Of a stretch of 45,898 nt of DNA, positions 36,921-45,731 are shown one piece after another. The translations under genes were made by a program, and so were the position numbers. Every line of letters begins with the position of its first letter. Positions within the stretch are counted from its first letter, which is position 1. The notes beneath the pieces were generated by a model. That model was not told where the DNA came from, ran no database searches, and saw only the letters and a program-made list of their open reading frames with translations. The DNA comes from Chthonomonadaceae bacterium (GTDB taxonomy: Bacteria; Armatimonadota; Chthonomonadetes; Chthonomonadales; Chthonomonadaceae), in assembly GCA_035650735.1 (NCBI GenBank), contig DASRGZ010000161.1, forward strand, positions 1 to 45,898, given 5' to 3'.

Positions 36921-37070
36921 ACTCCTTTAAGATACAAGGGCCACAGGAATAAAACGGAATGCCCCGAACGGGCGCCGGGCTATCCGGCAGGGATATGGGG
37001 CCATAAAAGCTAACATCCTTAGCGTTGACCCATCCTGCCGCCCACGGCAAGGATTCAGGAGAGATCGCTC

Positions 37071-38120
37071 ATGGAGAGCCAGCCCCCGTCCCTCCCATTA
37101 GACAAATTCCGACCGCGCCCGATGGTCAAGGTGCGCCAAACCGAGGTGCCGCGAGCGCGCTACCCGGCCATTGACGCCCATAATCACTTCATGGAAGGCA
37201 TGGACGTGGAGCAGACCGTAGCCATCATGGATGCCTGCAACGTGCGCGCTTATATAGACCTGTCCGGCTGGAATGGCGAGCGCCTGAAGCGGCGGCTGGA
37301 ACTGCTGAAAGGGCGTTACCCGGAGCGATTCGCCGTCTTCTACGTCCCGGATTTCAAGCGAATCAACGAGCCCGGCTTTGGCCAGATGGCGGCGCGAGAG
37401 CTGGAAGAGGCCGTGCGCAACGGCGTCCAGGGCTTGAAAATCTACAAAGAGTTGGGCCTTACTGTGCGCGATGCCGACGGGAAACTGGTTCACGTAGATG
37501 ATCCCCGCCTGGACTCGCTCTGGCAGGCGGCGGGCGAGTTGAACGTCCCTGTTATGATCCACGTCGCCGACCCCTGGGCCTTTTTCGCGCCGCTGGATGA
37601 GACCAACGAGCGCTACGTCGAGTTGATGCGCTATCCTGACTGGCATTTCTACGACAAAGACTATCCTCCGCTCCGGCAATTGCTGGAGGAGCGCGACCGG
37701 GTGGTCGAGAAACATCCGAATACGCGCTTTATCGGCGCGCACGTCGGCAGCGAGGCCGAAGACCTGGACAGGGCAGGCGAGGCGCTGGATCGCTATCCCA
37801 ATTACTATGTGGATTTTTCGGCGCGGATGGCCGAGATCGGGCGTCAGCCCCGCCGGGCCCGCGAGTTCTTCCTGCGCTACCAGGATCGCATTCTTTTCGG
37901 CACCGATGCGGGCGCCAGCGTCACCATGTACCGCACTTACTTCCGCTTTCTGGAGACCGACGACGAGTATTTCGAGTACTATAACTACCCGGTGAACGGG
38001 CTGTGGCATGTCTCCGGGCTCTACCTGCCGGACGAGGTACTCTGGAAAATCTATGTTGCCAACCCGGCCAGGGTCCTCCCGGGCCTGGATGTGCCGGATT
38101 CCCCTGCGGCCTGCGGATAA
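37071..38120 (+). CDS. Amidohydrolase family 2 protein
   Basis: IDAHNH, GLKIYKELGL, PVMIHVADP, FIGAHVG, DRILFGTD. Confidence 0.92.
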   Translation: MESQPPSLPLDKFRPRPMVKVRQTEVPRARYPAIDAHNHFMEGMDVEQTVAIMDACNVRAYIDLSGWNGERLKRRLELLKGRYPERFAVFYVPDFKRINEPGFGQMAARELEEAVRNGVQGLKIYKELGLTVRDADGKLVHVDDPRLDSLWQAAGELNVPVMIHVADPWAFFAPLDETNERYVELMRYPDWHFYDKDYPPLRQLLEERDRVVEKHPNTRFIGAHVGSEAEDLDRAGEALDRYPNYYVDFSARMAEIGRQPRRAREFFLRYQDRILFGTDAGASVTMYRTYFRFLETDDEYFEYYNYPVNGLWHVSGLYLPDEVLWKIYVANPARVLPGLDVPDSPAACG

Positions 38121-38213
38121 GCAGGCAATCCAGATGAAGCGCCTTTTCCGGTAGGCAGGCTTGCGAGAAAGCAACAGTGCCCTACGGGGAGAGGCTTTAA
38201 GGAGAGCAAAATT

Positions 38214-39014
38214 ATGAAATGGGTTTTGAACACCTACCAGACGGCTCAGGACTGGCCCCTGGAACATATCATCGAGATCTGCCAGGCGACGGGCTACGAG
38301 GGCATCGAGTTTCTACAGGACTTTAATCAGGCGCACGCTCTGGAGGCCAACGCTTCCGATGAATTGGTGCAGTTCGTCAAGGGAAAGATGCAGGACGCCG
38401 GGCTGATCATCGGCTCGCTCACAAGCTGCTGTAACTTCCACTCTCCGGAGGAGGCTGAGCGTCGGCGCAATATCGCCCAGGTTAAGCGCGTGATTGATCA
38501 GGCAGAGATGATAGGCTCTGACCATGTGCGCGTGCTGGGAGATCGCGTGCCCGACGACGAGCCGGGCAAGGAGATGGTTCTGACCAACGTGGCTGCCGCT
38601 TTGCAGGAGCTAGGGGATTATGCGCGGCCCAAAGGGATCACCGTCTCCATCGAGGCGCACGGCAGCTTCACCGACCCGGACTATGTGACGCGCGTGGTGA
38701 AAGAGGCCAATCGCCCCAACGTCGGCATCGTGTTTAACTCGCAGTGGCGGGTGGGCGCGGAGAAGGGCTGGAGCCTGCCGCCCAACGCGCCCTCCATCGC
38801 GCCCCTTTATGATATGATCGCGCCCTACATCACCTCCGTTCACACCCACCAGATGGAGCGCCCGGAGGTCTGGCCCTACTATCAGGAGTTTTTCCGCCGA
38901 CTCACCCAGGATGGCTACAAGGGCTACGTGTCCAATGAATGCGCCTATACCGGCCCCGACCCGGAGACGGTTCTGCGCCTGTATACGGCTCTCTTCCGAG
39001 CCTTCACCAGTTAG
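38214..39014 (+). CDS. Sugar phosphate isomerase/epimerase (xylose isomerase-like TIM barrel)
   Basis: GYEGIEF, HVRVLG, SIEAHG, SVHTH, GYKGYVSNE; ATG after AAGGAG. Confidence 0.88.
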   Translation: MKWVLNTYQTAQDWPLEHIIEICQATGYEGIEFLQDFNQAHALEANASDELVQFVKGKMQDAGLIIGSLTSCCNFHSPEEAERRRNIAQVKRVIDQAEMIGSDHVRVLGDRVPDDEPGKEMVLTNVAAALQELGDYARPKGITVSIEAHGSFTDPDYVTRVVKEANRPNVGIVFNSQWRVGAEKGWSLPPNAPSIAPLYDMIAPYITSVHTHQMERPEVWPYYQEFFRRLTQDGYKGYVSNECAYTGPDPETVLRLYTALFRAFTS

Positions 39015-39280
39015 GCGGCTTACCCGGCAAGGTCATTAGCCCCAAAAAGAGAACGCAAGGACCTTGTGCCCACATCCGTTAAGGAGGATATGCGCATCTG
39101 GAGGTAGTATATCCGAATGGCATTGCGCTTGCGTTTTTTACTGTAAAATAGATAGCTCATGGGACGGGCTGCTCTCGCTTTGGCACGCGGCATGCCTTGA
39201 CCCAAGATAGGCATTTCTAGATGTTCCGCCCAAGACGGCCTGGCATCGCATTCGTTCTGCACGGAGATAGAAGAGTTAAG

Positions 39281-42200
39281 ATGGATGTACGGTGCAGCAT
39301 TGATCTGCTGGGCAGGCTCCAGGTCAGGCAGGGCGGGCGGATTATCAATCGTTTCCGTACCTACAAGACCGGCGTTCTGCTGGCCTATCTCGCCTTTTAC
39401 CCGCAGCGCCCCCATCCCCGCGAGGAAGTGATCGAGATGCTCTGGCCGGAGTGCGAGCCGGCCCTGGGCCGCAACAGCCTCAGCCAGTCCCTCTCTTCGC
39501 TGCGCCACCAGCTAGAGCCGCCGGGCGTGCCCGCAGGCGCCGTGCTGCTTGCCGACCGGGCCACGATACGGCTCAATCCCGAGGCGATTTGTACCGATGT
39601 GGCCGAGTTTGAGGCCAGCTTGAAGGCCGTGGCCCGGGCCGAGGAGCAGAAAAAGGCCACGCTTCCCTTCCTGGTCGAGGCCGTGGAGCGCTACCACGGC
39701 GAACTCGCCCCCGGCTATTACGAGGACTGGATCCTGCGCGAGCGGGAGCGGCTGGCTGAAGCCTATCTGCGCACGCTCGACCGCTTGATCGCGCAATTAG
39801 AGCAAGCCGGGGAGCTGGAGCGCGCCCTGGATTATGCCCACCGCGCCGTCAAGGCCGACCCGATCCGCGAGGAATCCCATGCCGACCTGATCCGCCTATA
39901 TGCGGCGGCGGGGCAGCCCGCCGCCGCGCTGCGGCAATACCAGGAGCTCAAGCGGACCCTGGAAAAGGAGCTTGGCATCTCGCCCGACCCGGCTCTGCAC
40001 GCCTTCGTCCAGAAGCTGACGCTCGCCCCCCGCGCCCCCGCGCCCAAAGCCGCCGCGCCTGCGCCCCCTGCCCCCTCCGCGCTGCCGACCGGCACGGTGA
40101 CATTTCTGCTGTTGGAGGTGGAGGACGGCGCGGCAGAGAGCCAACTCCAGGATCGAGTTCGCCGGCATGGCGGACGGGAAGTGAAGGTGGCCGGCGGCGT
40201 GCGGGTCGTCGCCTTCGGGCGGGCCAGCGATGCGCTGGCGTGTGCGGTGGCGGCGCAGCAGGCTGGCACGGAGGTATCGCCGGGACGCATGGCCATCCAC
40301 ACGGGCGAGGTGCGGGAGGCGCCCAAAGCCGGGGCTGAGTTTGCCAATCCCGTTCTGGACCATGCCCTGCGCCTGCTGCCGGCGGCCCATCCGGGCCAGA
40401 TCCTCTGCTCCGAGGGAACGGCGGTGCTGCTGCGGCGCGACCTGGCCCCCAACCTCAAGCTGACGGACCTGGGCCTCTACCGCCTGCGCGGCGCCGACGG
40501 CGTGGAGCGCCTGTTTGAAGTGGACTATCCCGGACGGACGCCCGCCGCCTTCCCGCCGCCCAACGCCGAGCCGGGCCACGCCGGCAACCTACCGCTCCAT
40601 CTCACCCGTTTCTTTGGCCGTGAGCGAGAGATGGCCCAATTGCAGGCGCTGCTCGAGCCCGCCTGCGCGGCAGGAGAGGACGGCGAGCTGATACTTTCCA
40701 CGCGCCCGCGCCTGATCACCCTGACCGGCCCCGGCGGCACCGGCAAGACGCGATTGTCCTCCGAGGTAGGACGGCGGATGCTGGAGCCGTTCCGGGGCGC
40801 CGTCTGGCTGGTGCCCCTGGCCGATCTCTCCGAGGCACGCCGGATCCCCAAGGCGATCCTGGACGCGCTGCATCTGCCCTGTTCGCCGCACAGCGAGCCG
40901 CTGCAACAGGTCATTGCGGCCCTCTCCCGGCAGCCGACCCTGCTGATCCTCGATAACTTTGAGCAGTTACTGGGCCATGACAACCCCAACGCCAAAGAGA
41001 GCGTTCAGATCGTGCGGACGCTGCTGGCGCACGTCCCGGCGCTGACCTGCCTGGTGACGTCGCGCCAACTGCTGGGAGTGGTCGGGGAACTGGAGGTGCC
41101 GCTGGCGCCACTGCCGACGCCCGCCGGGCCGGATACCCCGGAGCAGCTAACCCTCTTTGAAAGCGTCCGCCTGTTCGTGGATCGGGCGCAGACGGTGCGC
41201 CCGGACTTCCAGGTGACGGGCCGGAATGCCCCGGCGGTCGCCGCTCTGTGTCAGAAACTGGAAGGCATTCCGCTGGCCCTGGAACTGGCAGCGGCGCGCT
41301 GTCAGGTGCTAACGCCCGCCCAGATCCTGACGCGCCTGGCTCATCGGCTCGACTTTCTCGTCAGCCGCCAGCCCGACCGAGACGCCCGGCATCAGACGCT
41401 GCGCGCGGCCATTGACTGGAGCTACTGCCTTCTGCCGGAGCCGCTGCAGCGCTTCTTCGCGCAGCTGTCGGCCTTTCGGGGCGGCTGGACGCTGGAGGCG
41501 GCGGAGACTATCTGCGCGGAGCCGCTCGCGATAGACTTCCTGGCGCAGTTGCGCGAGTGCTCGCTGGTGACGGCGCGGGAAGGCGGCGATGATCCCCTGG
41601 AGATGCGCTTCCAACTGCTGGAGACGCTGCGGGAGTATGCTGAGGAGAAGCTGACGCCGGAGGAGAAGGCCCAGATCCGGCAGCGGCACGCGGATTTCTT
41701 CCTGGCGCTGGCGGAAGAGGCGGACAAAGGGCTGGCAGGCCCACAGCAGCGGGAGTATCTGGCGCGATTGGACGCCGACCACGAGAACCTGCGCGCGGCC
41801 TTCGCCTGGCTTGTGGAAACCGGTCAGGCGGAGAGGGCTCTGCGGCTGGGAGGCGCGCTGGGCACGTTCTGGGGCATTCGCGGCCATGTGAGCGAGGGGC
41901 GCGAGCGTCTGGAAAGCGCGCTGGGGCTGGCCGGCGCGGAACGGACAGCGGCGCGCGCCCGTGTCGGCGATCTGGCAGGCACGATGGCGCTCAATCAGGG
42001 CGACTACGCCGCCGCCCGCGCCCTCTATGCGCAGAGCCTGGCCCTCTATCGGGAGATGGGCAACAAGCAGGGTGTTGCCGACCTGCTGCGCAGCCTGGGC
42101 ACGCTCGCCTACGAGCAGGGCGACTACGCGCAGGCGCGTACTCTGTCCGAGGAGAGCCTGGCACTCTACCGGGAAATGGGCAATGTGCGCAGCATCGCCA

Positions 42201-42967
42201 TCGCGCTCAAAGACCTGGGCAACGCCCTCAGCGAGCAGGGGGACTATGCCGCCGCCCACCCGCTCTATGAGGAGAGCCTGGCGCTGTTTCGGAGCCTGGG
42301 ACACCGAACCGGCATCGCCACCGCGCTCATCAGCTACGGCAGTTCGCTGCAGGAGCAGGGCGACCCTGCGCGGGCGCGTGCGCTCTGCGAGGAGAGCCTG
42401 GCGATCTTCCGGGAACTGGGGAACAAGGGCGGCATCGCCTTCGCTCTGCTCACGCTGGGCAACGCGCTCTGCGCGCAGGGCGATTACGCGGCGGCACAGA
42501 CCTTCTGCCTGGAGAGCCTGGCGATCTATCAGGAGATGGGCGATAAGGACGGCGTTGCGGACGCGCTCTATGGCCTGGGCAAAGTCGCCTGCGGCCAGCA
42601 CGATCTGGATCGGGCCCGCACCTGTTACGAGCAGAGCCTGGCGATCTTCGGGGAGCTGGGCGGCAAATTGCCGATCAGCCGGGGATTGGAGTCGCTGGCC
42701 GGCCTGGCGCGGGCGCAGGGGCAGGCCGAGCGTGCGGCGCAGCTTTCGGCGGCGGCGGATCGCCTCCGGGAAGCCATCCGAATTGGCCGTTCCGCTCCTG
42801 ATCGCACCGCCGATGAGCAGGACATAGACGTTCTTCGCGGCGCGCTTGGGGAAGAGGTGTTTGCGGTGGTCATGGCCGAAGGGCGCGCCGTCACGCTGGA
42901 GCAGGCCGTCGCCTATGCGCTCGATCCGGCAATCCGTCCGCCCGGAGAGCGCAGCGCCGCGCTTTAA
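39281..42967 (+). CDS. AfsR/SARP-family regulator: winged helix + BTAD + degenerate class III cyclase + STAND ATPase + TPR
   Basis: LLAYLA..HPREEVIEMLWP (wHTH); DPIREESH..LIRLY (BTAD); LPTGTVTFL, RMAIHTGE, GQILCS (cyclase-like); Walker A GPGGTGKT, Walker B LILDNFE, GIPLALELAA; six 40-aa QGDY-type TPRs. Start set at ATG 39281. Confidence 0.92.
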   Translation: MDVRCSIDLLGRLQVRQGGRIINRFRTYKTGVLLAYLAFYPQRPHPREEVIEMLWPECEPALGRNSLSQSLSSLRHQLEPPGVPAGAVLLADRATIRLNPEAICTDVAEFEASLKAVARAEEQKKATLPFLVEAVERYHGELAPGYYEDWILRERERLAEAYLRTLDRLIAQLEQAGELERALDYAHRAVKADPIREESHADLIRLYAAAGQPAAALRQYQELKRTLEKELGISPDPALHAFVQKLTLAPRAPAPKAAAPAPPAPSALPTGTVTFLLLEVEDGAAESQLQDRVRRHGGREVKVAGGVRVVAFGRASDALACAVAAQQAGTEVSPGRMAIHTGEVREAPKAGAEFANPVLDHALRLLPAAHPGQILCSEGTAVLLRRDLAPNLKLTDLGLYRLRGADGVERLFEVDYPGRTPAAFPPPNAEPGHAGNLPLHLTRFFGREREMAQLQALLEPACAAGEDGELILSTRPRLITLTGPGGTGKTRLSSEVGRRMLEPFRGAVWLVPLADLSEARRIPKAILDALHLPCSPHSEPLQQVIAALSRQPTLLILDNFEQLLGHDNPNAKESVQIVRTLLAHVPALTCLVTSRQLLGVVGELEVPLAPLPTPAGPDTPEQLTLFESVRLFVDRAQTVRPDFQVTGRNAPAVAALCQKLEGIPLALELAAARCQVLTPAQILTRLAHRLDFLVSRQPDRDARHQTLRAAIDWSYCLLPEPLQRFFAQLSAFRGGWTLEAAETICAEPLAIDFLAQLRECSLVTAREGGDDPLEMRFQLLETLREYAEEKLTPEEKAQIRQRHADFFLALAEEADKGLAGPQQREYLARLDADHENLRAAFAWLVETGQAERALRLGGALGTFWGIRGHVSEGRERLESALGLAGAERTAARARVGDLAGTMALNQGDYAAARALYAQSLALYREMGNKQGVADLLRSLGTLAYEQGDYAQARTLSEESLALYREMGNVRSIAIALKDLGNALSEQGDYAAAHPLYEESLALFRSLGHRTGIATALISYGSSLQEQGDPARARALCEESLAIFRELGNKGGIAFALLTLGNALCAQGDYAAAQTFCLESLAIYQEMGDKDGVADALYGLGKVACGQHDLDRARTCYEQSLAIFGELGGKLPISRGLESLAGLARAQGQAERAAQLSAAADRLREAIRIGRSAPDRTADEQDIDVLRGALGEEVFAVVMAEGRAVTLEQAVAYALDPAIRPPGERSAAL

Positions 42968-42988
42968 GAGTGTGTACGCTAACGTTTG

Positions 42989-43179
42989 GCCGCCCACCCC
43001 TAAAGGGATGGGCGGCAGACGGCAAGCCCGCTCAAGCGGGCTACGAGAGGTTAGTTACCCTTGAAGGAAGTCCTCCAGCGGGGCGCTTGGATGCCTTTGT
43101 CCTTCATAGAAACCGATCCACCCGGCTCAGCCCCGTTCACGGGGCTTGCCGCCCACAGCCCGGTCCTTTAGGGCCGGGC
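42989..43179. repeat. REPIN-like four-hairpin element (family C)
   Basis: GCCGCCCACCCCTAAAGGGATGGGCGGC, GGCAAGCCCGCTCAAGCGGGCT ... AGCCCCGTTCACGGGGCTTGCC, GCCCGGTCCTTTAGGGCCGGGC arranged as an inverted pair. Confidence 0.7.
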
Positions 43180-43187
43180 ACAGCTTT

Positions 43188-43227
43188 AACAAGCCTCCCC
43201 GCAAGAGAGGGAGGCTTGTTGTTTTTT
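43188..43227 (+). terminator. Intrinsic terminator after the SARP-STAND gene
   Basis: AACAAGCCTCCC...GGGAGGCTTGTT followed by GTTTTTT. Confidence 0.75.
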
Positions 43228-43273
43228 CTCCCTGACAAACAAAATTTCTGAAAAAGATTTGGCCTCCCAATCC

Positions 43274-43307
43274 TTGTCAGAGTTCTGTCAGGGTCGCCGG
43301 ATAGAAT
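43274..43307 (+). promoter_or_regulatory. Winged-helix (SARP/PhoB-type) activator box plus -10 element of the S8 gene
   Basis: TTGTCAG-AGTT-CTGTCAG (11-bp period, 43274-43291), 10-bp gap, TAGAAT (43302-43307). Confidence 0.65.
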
Positions 43308-43379
43308 GAAGCGTCAATCGGGCGGCGCACTCCAAATTTAGCCGACGCCCCGGAAAAGTTTCGCAGGGAGGACATTCCA

Positions 43380-45200
43380 ATGCACACTTCTTTTTCATCC
43401 TTAATTGGGAACAGCTTCAAGATCAGTTTTACTTCTCATCTCGGCCTGGCCGCTTCTCTGGCGCTGTGCGGCCTGGGCGCCTTCGCAGCCCCCGCGCAAG
43501 CCGACGCGCTTGCGGCCAAGAGCGATCTCTTCTTGACCAAAGTCGCCGCGCGGCCCGCCTCCACTACCGCCTCCGTAATCGCGCGACTGGACGGCGCGCT
43601 CACCCCGGAGCGAGAGCGGCAGCTTCAGGCGCTCCAGGCCCAGATCCACCGGCGCCTGCCCCTCATCCACTCTATCGCCGTGCGCGTGCCGGTGAATAAC
43701 CTCAATAAGCTGGCGGCTCTGCCGTTTGTCAAGCACTTGTCTGCCGATGTGGCCGTCAAGAAGAACGACGAGTTCACCGTAGAAGCCAGCGGCGCCGATG
43801 TCGCCTTCCAGCAGTATAGCCTGACGGGCAAGGGCGTGACGGTGGCGGTGGTGGATAGCGGAGTGCGCCCCAGCCAGGATCTCGGCGATACCGAGACAGG
43901 CGGCACGCGCCTGGTGGGCGGCGTGAGCTTTGTCGGCGGATCGGGTGCCACCGATCAGTGCGGGCACGGTACGCATGTCGCGGGCATTATCGCCGGCAAC
44001 GGCGCCGCCTCCACCGGCAGCCAGTACTTCCGCACCTTCTACGGCATCGCCCGCAAGGCCAACCTGGTCAGCGTTCGGGTGCTGGACGGCACCGGGAAGA
44101 GCGATGTCAGCACGGTCATCGCCGGCATTCAGTGGGTGGTGGATAACAAGGCCACGTATAACATCCGGGTACTCAACCTGTCGCTGGGCCATCCCGTGGG
44201 CGAGAGCTATACCACCGACCCGCTCTGCCAGGCCGTGGAGAGCGCCTGGAAGGCCGGCATCGTCGTCGTCTGCGCCGCCGGCAACAACGGGCGCGTGCAG
44301 GATACCCAGGACTCCTCCCTGGATAACGAGGGCTACGGCACCAACTGGGGCTCCATTCAGTCGCCGGGCAACGACCCCTATGTGATCACCGTCGGGGCCA
44401 CGAAGTCGATAGATGGGACTCGCGCTAATGACACCATCGCTACCTATTCCAGCCGGGGGCCTAGCCGCCTGGACTTCATTCTCAAACCCGACATCGTCGC
44501 GCCCGGCAACCATGTGATCTCGCTGGACGCCAACAACAGCTACCTGGACAACGCCAACGGCGATACCAACCAGATCCCCTGGAACTACTATAGCACTCGT
44601 GCCGCTTCCGGCAACTCGGCCAAGTACTTCCGGCTTTCGGGCACCTCGATGGCGGCCCCGGTGGTGGCAGGCGCGGCGGCCCTGCTGCTGGAGAAAGACC
44701 CGACGCTCACGCCCGACACCATCAAGGCCCGCCTGATGATCTCGGCGGATAAGTGGGCTTATCCCGGCGGCGACGGCGATGTCCTGACCTTCGGCGCGGG
44801 CTACCTTAACATTCCCGCCGCCCTCAACAGCACGGTGACGGCGACCCAATCGGCGATGAGCCCGCCTCTGGCGCGCGACGATCAGGGCAACGTCTGGATC
44901 AATCTGAACAACGCCATCTGGGGAACCAGAGCCATCTGGGGCACCGGCGTCGCCAACCTGAACGCCATCTGGGGCACCAATGCGATCTGGGGAACGAACG
45001 CTATCTGGGGCGTCCGCGCCATCTGGGGAACCAGCGTCTGGGCTAACAACGCCATCTGGGGCACCAACGCCATCTGGGGTACCAACGCCATTTGGGGGAC
45101 GAACGCGATATGGGGTACCAGCGTGTGGACGGATAACGCCATCTGGGGCACCAACGCCAGCGCGGTAGACCTATCCGCTATCGCCATCAACGGAGAATAG
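43380..45200 (+). CDS. Secreted S8 serine peptidase (AprX-like) with C-terminal AIWG repeats
   Basis: Signal peptide ending AQA; propeptide; triad VVDSG, GHGTHVAG, SGTSMAAP; AAGN; RBS GGGAGG. Confidence 0.93.
   Translation: MHTSFSSLIGNSFKISFTSHLGLAASLALCGLGAFAAPAQADALAAKSDLFLTKVAARPASTTASVIARLDGALTPERERQLQALQAQIHRRLPLIHSIAVRVPVNNLNKLAALPFVKHLSADVAVKKNDEFTVEASGADVAFQQYSLTGKGVTVAVVDSGVRPSQDLGDTETGGTRLVGGVSFVGGSGATDQCGHGTHVAGIIAGNGAASTGSQYFRTFYGIARKANLVSVRVLDGTGKSDVSTVIAGIQWVVDNKATYNIRVLNLSLGHPVGESYTTDPLCQAVESAWKAGIVVVCAAGNNGRVQDTQDSSLDNEGYGTNWGSIQSPGNDPYVITVGATKSIDGTRANDTIATYSSRGPSRLDFILKPDIVAPGNHVISLDANNSYLDNANGDTNQIPWNYYSTRAASGNSAKYFRLSGTSMAAPVVAGAAALLLEKDPTLTPDTIKARLMISADKWAYPGGDGDVLTFGAGYLNIPAALNSTVTATQSAMSPPLARDDQGNVWINLNNAIWGTRAIWGTGVANLNAIWGTNAIWGTNAIWGVRAIWGTSVWANNAIWGTNAIWGTNAIWGTNAIWGTSVWTDNAIWGTNASAVDLSAIAINGE
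44910..45152 (+). repeat. Coding tandem repeat: 11 copies of AIWG (mostly NAIWGT)
   Basis: 18-bp period with varied synonymous codons, interrupted by 5-residue spacers (e.g. SVWAN, SVWTD). Confidence 0.95.
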
Positions 45201-45331
45201 TGAAGACTAGACGGAGTACCCATTAGATGAACCAGCTAGCTTCCTTATCGGCGCCTTTATCTTCTCTCGGAACCGGTCTCCTGCCAGGGCAGAACATCGC
45301 CCTGGTATTCTTCTGGAAGAAAGGAATGCCT

Positions 45332-45586
45332 ATGCCTGTTCTCCTCTGTGAGGTCATCGGTTGTGGACGACCTGCCGCCTATGTTCGCGTGGCAGCAGGA
45401 AGCGGCCACATGGAGGATTATCTCTGCGCGAGATGTTATCGGGAGCTACAGGCCCGGTTTCCGGATAGGATAGGCTTCTATGCGCCTCTGACGGATGCAG
45501 CCGCCGGGCCGCTACCGGACGAGGCAAAGCCGGCGCCGGAGGAAACACAGGATAGAGAAGCCCCTTCTGAGGAAGCCGAGCAGTAA
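45332..45586 (+). CDS. Small Cys4 (putative zinc-binding) hypothetical protein
   Basis: 84 aa; CEVIGC...LCARC plus acidic tail; RBS GAAAGGA. Confidence 0.6.
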   Translation: MPVLLCEVIGCGRPAAYVRVAAGSGHMEDYLCARCYRELQARFPDRIGFYAPLTDAAAGPLPDEAKPAPEETQDREAPSEEAEQ

Positions 45587-45731
45587 CGCTACCGTTTGTT
45601 CCTCCTCTTCCAACGCCAGAAACGCCTCCTGTTGACCAGCAGGAGGCGTTTTGCTTGCGAATATCGGGCGATGGGTCCGGTGCGACAGCACTTCATTATT
45701 CCCCTCCCGCGGCACCAGGAGAGGGAAAAGA

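Noticed and set aside
42965..43189. Third TAA-GAG MITE starting at the SARP stop codon
   Set aside because: The left end matches only TAAGAGTG and no convincing right inverted repeat was found.
41309..44849. Long minus-strand ORFs 41309-42997 and 43401-44849
   Set aside because: Antisense shadows of the STAND-TPR and S8 genes with no recognisable motifs.
44910..45152. 18-bp periodic DNA repeats as CRISPR or VNTR
   Set aside because: They lie in frame within the S8 gene, vary at synonymous positions and have no unique spacers.
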